Source of the DNA: an uncultured virus (IMG/VR IMGVR_UViG_3300047323_000263)
Lineage: Duplodnaviria; Heunggongvirae; Uroviricota; Caudoviricetes; Schitoviridae
IMG/VR virus record: IMGVR_UViG_3300047323_000263
Length of the DNA: 64,000 bases
Strand: one strand, 5' to 3'
Shown: positions 38,235 to 46,717 of the stretch, piece after piece
Position numbering within the stretch: position 1 is the first letter of the stretch
How the letters are laid out: each line of letters opens with the position of its first letter
Program-made: the position numbers and the translations under genes
Notes under the pieces: model-generated
What the model was told of the DNA's origin: nothing
Database searches by the model: none
Seen by the model: only the letters and a program-made list of their open reading frames with translations

Positions 38235-38990
38235 TCACTTGCCGAACAGCGACTTGCGCGGAGCTGCGGCAGCCGACGGGGGCGGAGCCATGCGGCCCTT
38301 CGGCGGCGCACCGGCAACACCTGCTTCGCCGTCCTTGATCACGCGCTTGTCACGCGTCTTGCCCTTGTTGCGCTCGAGCCAGCCGCCGTAGAAGTTGGCG
38401 ACCGTGGCTTCGGCCTTCGCTTCGACGACCGTCAGGTTCAGTTCCGGGTGGAACACCTTGTCCGTCGAATTGACTTCGCGGGTTTCGGCCGTCGGCTCGT
38501 AGTCGCCCGTCGAGTCGTTCTTCACCGACTTGTTCTCGAGCGTCTTGATGACGCCGAGCTTCACGTGCTTGCCGATGACTTCGATGGCGACCGGCACCGA
38601 CTTCGGCGCTTCCTTCTTCAGGTCCGCATCGTAGACCTTGACCGTCTTGTCTTCGAACTCGAGCTCGTGCAGCTCCTTGCCCGTCGTGATCAGGCAGATG
38701 TCGTTGACGGTCGTGAAGCCCGGCAGCGGCACCTTCTTGGTCTTGTCGTCCTTGTTCAGGAAGTAGTTCTGACCGTCCTTGTTCGTGAAGTAAATCTGTT
38801 CACGGTACTCGCGGTCGCCGTCCTTGGCGATCAGCTGGATGAAGTTCGCGCCCTTGGCCGACTTGCCGGCGTAGAACTGCGTGACAACGAAGTCGTAAAT
38901 GTCCGACTCGACTGCGCCGAAGTTGCCGCCCAGGCGGTCTTGTGCTTCTTCGAGGCCGGTGGTGCTGAGGTTTCCGAACAGAGTGCTCAT
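38235..38990 (-). CDS. Single-stranded DNA-binding protein (N4 gp45-like; late-transcription activator in N4)
   Basis: DRLGG, LPGFTTVNDIC and C-terminal RKSLFGK; start MSTLFGNL at 38990. Confidence 0.88.
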   Translation of the reverse strand: MSTLFGNLSTTGLEEAQDRLGGNFGAVESDIYDFVVTQFYAGKSAKGANFIQLIAKDGDREYREQIYFTNKDGQNYFLNKDDKTKKVPLPGFTTVNDICLITTGKELHELEFEDKTVKVYDADLKKEAPKSVPVAIEVIGKHVKLGVIKTLENKSVKNDSTGDYEPTAETREVNSTDKVFHPELNLTVVEAKAEATVANFYGGWLERNKGKTRDKRVIKDGEAGVAGAPPKGRMAPPPSAAAAPRKSLFGK

Positions 38991-39044
38991 GATGTTTTGT
39001 CTTTGGTTCAAGGTTTGATGGAGAGTTCTTTGCGTGTTTTTTGG

Positions 39045-39797
39045 TTAAGCGTAGAACTCTGTCAGGTGGTCCAGCAGCTTCTGAGCATCGTTGTCGATGT
39101 AGGTCTCTTCGCGCTTGAACATGCCCAACGGGCTGCGGATTCGCATCCCGGTGGTTTGCTTCGTGATGCGGGTCTGGTAGACGTGTTTGAAGCCAAGCTC
39201 CTTTTCGTCTTCCGTGATGTCCAGCATCTTGTTGCCAAATTTCTCCAGCTCCTTGAGCGGGATCTTCGTGGCACCGACAACTGTCGAGAAGTAGGCTTCC
39301 AGACCGTTGTTCTTGAGTGCTCCCTTGATGGGCACACTCGTTTTCATGGACATGCTCTTTTCATCGAGCACGTCGAGCAGGTGAGCGGTGATCAGCACAG
39401 GCTTGCCGAAAGCGGCCACCTTCTGCTGCATCAGCGTCTTCCAGAATTGCTGGTATTGGCTCCAGCCCTTCATGGTGTCGGCCGCACCGAGCACGTACTG
39501 CGTCTCGAACATTTCCATCAGGAACGTGGCCGAGTCGACGATGATCCCTTCGGGGTCGTAGTTGAGCTGTCCCTGCGAGGCTGCGTCGAACGCCTCATGC
39601 ACCTGGTACGGATCGGTGATGGTGTAGCGGTCGAACTTGTTGGCGAACGGCAGGCGCTTGCCCGCTTCGCAGTTCAGGTACAGCCACTTGCTCTGGTTGC
39701 GGATATGACGCAGGCTTGCGCTCTTACCCTCACCGGAGAACCCGCAGATCATGATCAGCTGATCATTGGGTTCGATGTTCTCTTCTACGTCGCTCAT
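39045..39797 (-). CDS. AAA/Sak4-like ATPase (N4 gp44-like)
   Basis: GFSGEGKS Walker A, IIVDS Walker B, IRSPLGMF. Confidence 0.85.
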   Translation of the reverse strand: MSDVEENIEPNDQLIMICGFSGEGKSASLRHIRNQSKWLYLNCEAGKRLPFANKFDRYTITDPYQVHEAFDAASQGQLNYDPEGIIVDSATFLMEMFETQYVLGAADTMKGWSQYQQFWKTLMQQKVAAFGKPVLITAHLLDVLDEKSMSMKTSVPIKGALKNNGLEAYFSTVVGATKIPLKELEKFGNKMLDITEDEKELGFKHVYQTRITKQTTGMRIRSPLGMFKREETYIDNDAQKLLDHLTEFYA

Positions 39798-39861
39798 GTG
39801 TTTCTCCGGTTTCCTCTCTCTGGCTCAAAAGACATGAGCCAAAGAAAGGGATAAGGGGTTG

Positions 39862-42039
39862 CTAGGCAGCACGCCGGTAGCGCTTGCCGACGGACACCAT
39901 GACCGTGGCCCGCAGCTCGTCTTCGGGTAGCGAGTTGTTGATCTTCGCGTTGAAGGCAAGCAGCTGGTTGTTCACGGCCATCTGGTCCATGCCGCTGTCC
40001 ACCAGTGCCATTGCATACTTGAGCATCTGGTTGTTGCGGTTGCCCGAGGCGATACGCTGCGCAAACCAACGTTCCAGGTTGTCCATCGATTCGATCTTCT
40101 TCATCTCGCCCAAGTGCTGCTCGTTCTTGGTGGTCTTCGGGATGAAGCGAAGCGCGTCGAAGATTTCCCCTTCGGTGTTGTAGTGATACTTGCCCGTCGG
40201 CCGGGTTTCCCACTTCTTGCTGCGCTGATTCGCGGCTTCGTCCGACTTGAACGGCAGCCACGCCATGATGTTGTTCATGAACTCCTTGTAATCCTCGGAG
40301 TCCAGTTCCAGCACATAGTTGATCGGCAGGATCAGCCGGAAGCGGTCGCCATGACCTTCGGCCTGGTGGCGCTTGGTCGTGTAGGTCAAGAACTTGTAGT
40401 CCTTCATCAGCTCGTGACACGTCTCGAGCGTGACGCCTTCGTCCACGTCAATCACCACGCAGTTAAAGCCTGGGATCACGTTCTCGTCAGCCCGGTGACC
40501 GTTCTTCAGACGATGGTTGACCCAGTGCAGCGGGCCGCCGTGTTCGTCCGTGGCTTCGCTGGTGAGCCGCCACATCTCGGAGAACGGAACCGTCTCGGAG
40601 AGGTAGTTGTAGGCCCAGTGCTCGCCGTAACTGAGCATCAGCTCGTCGAGATTGGTTTCCTTCAGCTTGGCGCCCCGGAAGAACTCGATGCCGTCGATGA
40701 AGAACTTCTTGATCGAGATGTGCTTCTTGTAGCCCCAGGCCACCGCGAGATTCATCATCTCGTTGCGTGCGGCGGCGCTCGACTTGTAGAAGGGCAGCGC
40801 CTCGTGCAGGTCCGCATGCGTCACGTCCGTGTCGCAGGCAGCGATGTACTTGGCGAGCTTCTCGTAAGCCTTCTCGCGGTTGAGAATGGTCTGGAACGCC
40901 AGGCCCGACTCTTCGACGAGCAGAATCGCCTGCTTCAGGTGATCCATCTCGACTTCGTTCGATTCGTCGATGAAGGCGTAAGCGCCGGCGAGCTTCAGGG
41001 CCTTGAAGTAACGGTGCGAGAGCTCCGCCTTCTTCACGTCCTCGTGGTCCGCCATGTCGTCAGCTTTCACCTCACACTTCTGCTTGTAGTCGAGCAGGGC
41101 GATAGCGACGGGCTCCTCGACCATCATCTTCCAGCCGAACATGGCCGGGTCCGCGAGCTTGTGAAAATGCTGCGACCATTTCTGGACCGTGGCATTGTTC
41201 GTCGGCTGCGTGAGGCGCTTGTAGACCTCTTCGGGCGAGAGCTGGTGAGCGGCCTTGCGGTCCTGCTGGCCGTAACCGAACAGGCAGCGTCGGGCGTAGC
41301 CGGTTTCGAGGAACGAATAGAACTCGTTCTCGGTGACGCCGCCATCGAGCAGCTTGGAGGGCGTGCCGAAGAGCAGCATGTTCGTCGGCGTCTTGCCGTC
41401 AACCTCTTCACCACGGATGTTGTCCGTCGTGTTCTTGGTCAGCTTCTGCTTGACGATGCCCTGGTCGTAGAGCTCGAGGAACAGGTTGAGCACCTCGACT
41501 TCCTTGACCAGGTTCGAGCCGATCTCATCGATCTGCAAGTTGATCGCACCGCAGTTGGCGAGCAGGAGCTTCTCGCGCAGCTGCTTCACAGCCGGTGCCG
41601 TGCCGCCGTCGAACGTGAACGGGAATGCGCCGGCACGCTCAAAGCGCCCGCTGATCTTCTCGAACTCCTCGTTCGGATCGGTGCCGGCCCGGCCTGCCTT
41701 GGTCTGGGCCATCTCCCAGAGATGCTTTTCAGCGATCACCGTGAGCGTCTCTTCCATGAAGCGCTTGCGAAAGCTCTTCAGGAATTCCTGCTCGACGATG
41801 TTCACCGACAGCCCCTTGCCGAAGCCGGAGGTGGCGAGTGCCAGTGCGTAGATGTTGACCGGGATTTCGCCGCGGTCTTGCGTGACGATCGTCGCACGCA
41901 TGTTGCTCGCCAGCTTGCCGAGGAAGTAAGCGACTTCGGTGCGGAAGAATCCGCGATCCGTGTTCTGGGCTTTCGCGCAGAGCACGTCGACGATCTCTTC
42001 GATCGCCGGGTGGTGGGTCACACCGGTGAGATCAATCAT
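39862..42039 (-). CDS. DNA primase (N4 gp43-like): N-terminal P-loop domain + AEP prim-pol domain + PriCT-1
   Basis: ATSGFGKG / IDEIG; AEP motifs VIDVD, YTTKRH, RFRLILP; GNRNNQM PriCT-like; start MIDLTG at 42039. Confidence 0.85.
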   Translation of the reverse strand: MIDLTGVTHHPAIEEIVDVLCAKAQNTDRGFFRTEVAYFLGKLASNMRATIVTQDRGEIPVNIYALALATSGFGKGLSVNIVEQEFLKSFRKRFMEETLTVIAEKHLWEMAQTKAGRAGTDPNEEFEKISGRFERAGAFPFTFDGGTAPAVKQLREKLLLANCGAINLQIDEIGSNLVKEVEVLNLFLELYDQGIVKQKLTKNTTDNIRGEEVDGKTPTNMLLFGTPSKLLDGGVTENEFYSFLETGYARRCLFGYGQQDRKAAHQLSPEEVYKRLTQPTNNATVQKWSQHFHKLADPAMFGWKMMVEEPVAIALLDYKQKCEVKADDMADHEDVKKAELSHRYFKALKLAGAYAFIDESNEVEMDHLKQAILLVEESGLAFQTILNREKAYEKLAKYIAACDTDVTHADLHEALPFYKSSAAARNEMMNLAVAWGYKKHISIKKFFIDGIEFFRGAKLKETNLDELMLSYGEHWAYNYLSETVPFSEMWRLTSEATDEHGGPLHWVNHRLKNGHRADENVIPGFNCVVIDVDEGVTLETCHELMKDYKFLTYTTKRHQAEGHGDRFRLILPINYVLELDSEDYKEFMNNIMAWLPFKSDEAANQRSKKWETRPTGKYHYNTEGEIFDALRFIPKTTKNEQHLGEMKKIESMDNLERWFAQRIASGNRNNQMLKYAMALVDSGMDQMAVNNQLLAFNAKINNSLPEDELRATVMVSVGKRYRRAA

Positions 42040-43013
42040 GATTGGATGTACCTGTTTTTCTGAGTGCAGGCGTCGTAGCCCGCGCAATATCCGCAGCGCT
42101 TCACTTCGCCCGGCACGGTGATGACGATGCCCTTGACCTTCTCGGCCAGATGCTTGTTCGCGTCAGCGAGGGTGTCGAAATTCTTGGTCGACTTGCCCCC
42201 GGTCTTCGTCACGTCGCTGTAGTACTTGAACTTCGGAGCCGAGCGCCAGAGTTCTTCTTCCGTGCATTCCGGCAGCTGCGCTTCAGGCACATTCGAATAC
42301 TTCTGAATGAGGCCGAGCTTCCAGCGCACCCATGCTTCCGTCTCTTCGATCGAGAGCAGGGGAATGTCCTTGTGCTGGACGCGCTTCTGCGGATATTTCG
42401 GGTTCGACGCCGCATCGGCTTTGCTCCAGTCCGTGAAGATGAAGTTGATGCGAATGAAGTCCTCGGTGATCTTCTCCGGGTTCAGCCAGCGATAGAGCGA
42501 GCCTTGCAGGCGGTAGTCGTCGTCCTTGCCGCCATACACCCAGGTGTAGGCAGAGGTGGACTTGTTGTCCATGACGATGCCTTCCATCACCATGTCGTAC
42601 TTGCCGCCAACGGTGTAGCGCACGCCATTCACGACGATCTGACGCTTCGCACGCTGCTCGAGGTAGATCGGGATGATCCCGTCCTCGACCGTTTCCGGAT
42701 TGATGCGCACGTGCTCGATGACGCTATCGGGATAGCCGAGCATCTTGAGCGAGCGGGCATAACCCTTCGTCCATGCCTTCTCGATGGAGTCGTGCAGGGC
42801 ATGGCCCAAGGTCGTGGCGATGTACTCTTCCACGTCCGGGGTGCGGCGTTGCGCTGCGGGGATCCGGCCCGGCAGAACGATGTGCCGGAGCGGCTTCATC
42901 AGGCCGGTGGCGCTGATGTAGTTCTCCTCGTTCTGATAGTCGTACTCGTCGTGCAGGAGCCACACGGCGAGCGCCAGCGAAATGTCGCTGTTGTTCGTGA
43001 TCTGTTGTTTCAT
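42036..43013 (-). CDS. PD-(D/E)XK/Cas4-like exonuclease (N4 gp42-like)
   Basis: ISATGL, GHALHDSIE, GKYD..DNKSTS, Q...Y and C-terminal C..C....C. Confidence 0.8.
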   Translation of the reverse strand: MKQQITNNSDISLALAVWLLHDEYDYQNEENYISATGLMKPLRHIVLPGRIPAAQRRTPDVEEYIATTLGHALHDSIEKAWTKGYARSLKMLGYPDSVIEHVRINPETVEDGIIPIYLEQRAKRQIVVNGVRYTVGGKYDMVMEGIVMDNKSTSAYTWVYGGKDDDYRLQGSLYRWLNPEKITEDFIRINFIFTDWSKADAASNPKYPQKRVQHKDIPLLSIEETEAWVRWKLGLIQKYSNVPEAQLPECTEEELWRSAPKFKYYSDVTKTGGKSTKNFDTLADANKHLAEKVKGIVITVPGEVKRCGYCAGYDACTQKNRYIQS

Positions 43014-43076
43014 GGGAGTGTCTTCTTTGAATGAGGAGTTGCCGAACCAAGAAAAGGAATCAGCAGCTCCCCCAGT

Positions 43077-43460
43077 TCAACTGAGATCTGTCGCTGTCCG
43101 GGCGATGGCCATGCTCATCTGCGTCTGCTGCTGCTGGATCAGGACCAGACGATCCCGCTCGAGCTGCGCATGACGCTTGGCCTTCTTCAGGATGCGGCCG
43201 CTGTAATGCACGTACTTTTCAGCGGCCCGCAGCGGCGTATTGCCGAGCTTGCCGACGCCGTGCGTGCGTTCGTTGGCGGTGCGCCAGAGCTCTTTGAAGA
43301 TGTTCCCTTCGTCGAAAGTCAGGCCGAGCGCTTCGATAATGTCCTCGCACTCAGCCCGGTACGGCGGCTGGTCTTCGCGCTGCGGATAGTCGACCTGGAC
43401 CAGGTAATAGTTCACCCGGCCCGCCGAGATCTCGAGCTGCTTGTTCTGTCCTTGGCTCAT
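43077..43460 (-). CDS. DUF3310-like hypothetical protein
   Basis: NYY..ECEDIIEALGLTFDEGNIFK.LWR..K..HY. Confidence 0.6.
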   Translation of the reverse strand: MSQGQNKQLEISAGRVNYYLVQVDYPQREDQPPYRAECEDIIEALGLTFDEGNIFKELWRTANERTHGVGKLGNTPLRAAEKYVHYSGRILKKAKRHAQLERDRLVLIQQQQTQMSMAIARTATDLS

Positions 43461-43852
43461 TGCAGCGTCGACGCGCCGTTGGCCACCACCGAGAGCTTCG
43501 TCTTCGCCGGTGCGACTTCCTGCTGCTTGGTGCCGTCGGGCGTGGCCGAGAATTCCTCGTCGGTCATATAGCCGAGGTTCATGATGTTCAGAATCACCAC
43601 GTCGACCACGTTGATCTTCGGCATGTCGTCGCCCATCTTCTTGGCGAACTGGAGCTGCACGACTTGCTGGGCCTTGCCGAGCAACTTCGCCGGCACCTTG
43701 TCTTCGGAGTGGGTGACCACGCCGTTCAGGCTCACCGCGTTCATGGCGACATTCTCGGGATTGGCTTCATCGAGCTTCACCGAGAACACGATCTGAGCGG
43801 CGACCATAAAGAAGAATTTGCGGTCGGACGAAGTGGTGTTTTGCTTTTTCAT
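43457..43852 (-). CDS. Hypothetical protein
   Basis: 131-aa ORF, coupled overlap with the next gene, typical codon usage. Confidence 0.7.
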   Translation of the reverse strand: MKKQNTTSSDRKFFFMVAAQIVFSVKLDEANPENVAMNAVSLNGVVTHSEDKVPAKLLGKAQQVVQLQFAKKMGDDMPKINVVDVVILNIMNLGYMTDEEFSATPDGTKQQEVAPAKTKLSVVANGASTLQ

Positions 43853-43961
43853 TTGGCGGAAACCCTTATAGAACGGGAAGGAGCCGGGGTCACCGGCTCC
43901 ACAAACTTATCTCTAAGTTAGATATTACTTTGGGGGAGAAGAAACGGCAAGTTAACGTTGA

Positions 43962-46352
43962 TCAGGCGATCGTCGTCATCGTGCCGAGGGGGGTGAAGAC
44001 CAGGTGCGAGCCCTTCAAAATGTTGCACCACGACCCCGACGCGAGCTTCACGCTCAGATCCGGGCCGGTGGGGCCGACATAGCTGAAGAGGGCGAACCCC
44101 TCGATGGACACAGTGGAATCCTGCGCACCGAGCGGCACGGTCATCGCAACCGAATCCTGCGTGGTCGTCGAGGCGATCACCGTTCCGGCCGAGTTGGCGG
44201 CCTTCGCCGTCAGCCGGAAGCCGTTCGCCCCTTCGTTGAGCACCGTGATGGCGATCGTGCCGGCCGCATCACCCTGCGTGACGAGCAGTCCGGTGACCCG
44301 GTACAGCACGCCGACGAGCGGGATCGTGCCGAGCTTCATCCCGAGCGCCGTGGTGCTCGAGCTGTTGATCGTCTTGTCCGCGCCCTGATAGACGCACGGT
44401 GTTGCGCTGCCGCCACCACTGCCCGCAGGGGGAACTGCCCACGTCGCATCTTCCCGGAGGAATTTGGTCGTGCCGGCCGTCGCACCCGGATCGGGAGCGA
44501 GGCCTGCTGCGTGAGTGGTGCCCGAAGCGCCCATCACCGAGGCGCTGCCGCCACTAGACGCACCGATCTGCGTCCATGCCGACCAGGTGGAAGCACCTGA
44601 CTGGTAGCGGACGTACATCTTGGCGGTGTCGTTTTCGACGGCGATCTGCGTGACGTAGCCATCACCGGCCGGCAGCGTGATGCCACGGCCATAGGTGGAA
44701 GCGGTCGGGATGTTGGTGGTCGTGTTCGAGTAGTTGAAGAACTGACCCTTCACGGCCGTGTTCAGATCGGCCACCGTGGTGGTGTAGGTGGCGGTGAGCC
44801 CGAACTGCTCGAGGTACTCGCGCACCTTCGCCGGCGTCATCAGCACGAGGTTGCTGGTGGCAGCCTGCGCCTGCGCCGTGGTGGCGATCGGCGGCATGGC
44901 CCCAACCGAAGCCCACGCACCAGAGGCCCGGTAAAAGACCACCGTGGAGCTGGTGTTCAGATACCAGTTGCCGTCGGCACCCGTGGCCGAGGTCGGATCG
45001 GACGTGCCCGAGAGCCAGGTGGAACCAGAACCACCCGTGCCAGCCGAGCCGTCTGCACCCTGATACGCCACGCTGTAGATCGTGACGGTCGAAGCATCGG
45101 AGAGCGTGAGCACAGTCCGGGTCCACAGATACTGACCCTTGGTGATGGCCGGAACGGCGGAAGTCCACGTGCTGGTCGGTGCGGTCGTGCCGGAAGCGGC
45201 CGTCTGGTAGGTGACCGCAGAGCTTGCGATTCCCACACCGTTCGAACCATTCGTGCCAGCGGTCCCAGCCGTGCCCGTGTCGCCCTTCGCACCGTCCGCA
45301 CCTTGATAGGCCACCGTGTAGGCGGTCGCCGTCGAGGCGTCGGAAAGCGTGAAGATCGTGCGGGTCCAGAGGAACTGGCCCTTCGTGACAGCAGGAACCG
45401 TGCTGCTCCATGCGCCGGTCGGGGTGACCGTGCCGGACGCCGCGGCTTGATACGTGGTGACGGTCGAGGCAATGCCGACGCCGTTGGAACCGTTCGTTCC
45501 GTTGGTCCCTGCGGTGCCGGTGTCGCCCTTGTCGCCCTTGATAGCGGAGAGCAGAACGAGATCCGCCCAGGTGCCGCCGACCACTCGCCACTGAATGGCG
45601 GTCGCCGTCTTCTGAAGCTCGACAGACTTGCCATCGGCACCCGCAGCACCGGCAGGCGCCTGGAATTCAATCCAGTGCGCCGTGTCGCTCTTCGGGGCGA
45701 TGGTGGACACGTAGTCGGTGTCGCCCGACTGAATCCACATCGAGGTGTTGCCCGCCGCGTTGGCAGCGAACACGTAGTCGGACGGGGAATAGGTGACGCC
45801 CGAGGCCCAGTTGCCCCGGTTGGTCAAGCCAGTGCCGGCGTCGCCCTTATCACCTTTCTCGCCCGGATCGCCTTTCTCTCCCTTGGCTCCGTCAGCGCCA
45901 TCGGCACCGTCCTTACCGTCGACACCATTGGTCCCGTTCGTACCATCACGTCCGTTGGTGCCATTGGTCCCGTTGGTGCCAGCTGCGCCAGCGTCGCCCT
46001 TCGGTCCCTTGAGCGTGGCGAGAAAGTCGGAGAGCGTGCCGCTGTTGCCGGCATTGAGCCAGGTCTGGTAGGCCGAGTCGCCGTCTTCACCCTTGAGGCT
46101 TGCCAAGAAGTCGTCTACTGATCCGACGTTCCCATTGGCAAGCCACAACTGGTAGGCCGATTGGCCTGTGGCACCCGTATTACCGTCCTGTCCGTCCTGC
46201 CCATCTGCACCGTTGGTGCCGTTCGTTCCGTCTTTGCCGTTTGTGCCGGCGTCACCTTTGTCCCCCTTTTCGCCTTGTGGCCCCTCGGGGCCTTGAATCG
46301 GAGTGCCGGTGAAGTCAAGCACAAGGTCATCGAGTGTCGTTACATCACTCAT
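43962..46352 (-). CDS. Collagen-like tail fibre / receptor-binding protein
   Basis: Multiple Gly-X-Y runs, SAYQ.WL..GN.G...DFLA.LKG repeats, two 81-aa repeats with KGQ(F/Y)LWTRT, knob-like QIAVE..MYVR....WSAW. Confidence 0.85.
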   Translation of the reverse strand: MSDVTTLDDLVLDFTGTPIQGPEGPQGEKGDKGDAGTNGKDGTNGTNGADGQDGQDGNTGATGQSAYQLWLANGNVGSVDDFLASLKGEDGDSAYQTWLNAGNSGTLSDFLATLKGPKGDAGAAGTNGTNGTNGRDGTNGTNGVDGKDGADGADGAKGEKGDPGEKGDKGDAGTGLTNRGNWASGVTYSPSDYVFAANAAGNTSMWIQSGDTDYVSTIAPKSDTAHWIEFQAPAGAAGADGKSVELQKTATAIQWRVVGGTWADLVLLSAIKGDKGDTGTAGTNGTNGSNGVGIASTVTTYQAAASGTVTPTGAWSSTVPAVTKGQFLWTRTIFTLSDASTATAYTVAYQGADGAKGDTGTAGTAGTNGSNGVGIASSAVTYQTAASGTTAPTSTWTSAVPAITKGQYLWTRTVLTLSDASTVTIYSVAYQGADGSAGTGGSGSTWLSGTSDPTSATGADGNWYLNTSSTVVFYRASGAWASVGAMPPIATTAQAQAATSNLVLMTPAKVREYLEQFGLTATYTTTVADLNTAVKGQFFNYSNTTTNIPTASTYGRGITLPAGDGYVTQIAVENDTAKMYVRYQSGASTWSAWTQIGASSGGSASVMGASGTTHAAGLAPDPGATAGTTKFLREDATWAVPPAGSGGGSATPCVYQGADKTINSSSTTALGMKLGTIPLVGVLYRVTGLLVTQGDAAGTIAITVLNEGANGFRLTAKAANSAGTVIASTTTQDSVAMTVPLGAQDSTVSIEGFALFSYVGPTGPDLSVKLASGSWCNILKGSHLVFTPLGTMTTIA

Positions 46353-46681
46353 GCGGTGATCCCTCGTTCAATTTGAAACTTGATGGTCCTGGAGCGGATT
46401 TGTGTGCCGCCTGCGGACGTGAATACGACATCGAGCTCGGCTTCACCGATCGGCCACTTGGCAGTGAGCGAGTGGTGCAGCGTGAGAAGACGCGTCGTCT
46501 TGGGATCAGCCCAGAAGCACGACACCTCGGCAATGAGGCCATCGGCTGAGGTGTTGCGTGCTTTCCGGAGCTGGGCGCGGGGAAGCCACGACCGGAGGAA
46601 CCCATCCTCGATCGTGTCAGGAATCTTCATGGCAAAGCTGAAGGTCTGCCCCCGCTTGAAGGCAGTTGGTGTGCTCGGCAT
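46349..46681 (-). CDS. Small fibre adaptor/attachment protein (Ig-like, BppU/LtfC-like)
   Basis: FKRGQTFSF..AQLR..T.KWP.G....DV.F.....S.T..F.IE..IT; ATGA-coupled to the fibre gene. Confidence 0.6.
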   Translation of the reverse strand: MPSTPTAFKRGQTFSFAMKIPDTIEDGFLRSWLPRAQLRKARNTSADGLIAEVSCFWADPKTTRLLTLHHSLTAKWPIGEAELDVVFTSAGGTQIRSRTIKFQIERGITA

Positions 46682-46717
46682 GTTGCATCGTCCAGAGTTG
46701 GAAAATGCACCAGCTGT

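Noticed and set aside
45050..45536. 243-nt direct repeat in the fibre gene as a DGR template/variable repeat pair
   Set aside because: Both copies are in-frame protein repeats differing mostly at synonymous positions rather than adenine-specifically, and there is no reverse transcriptase in the window.
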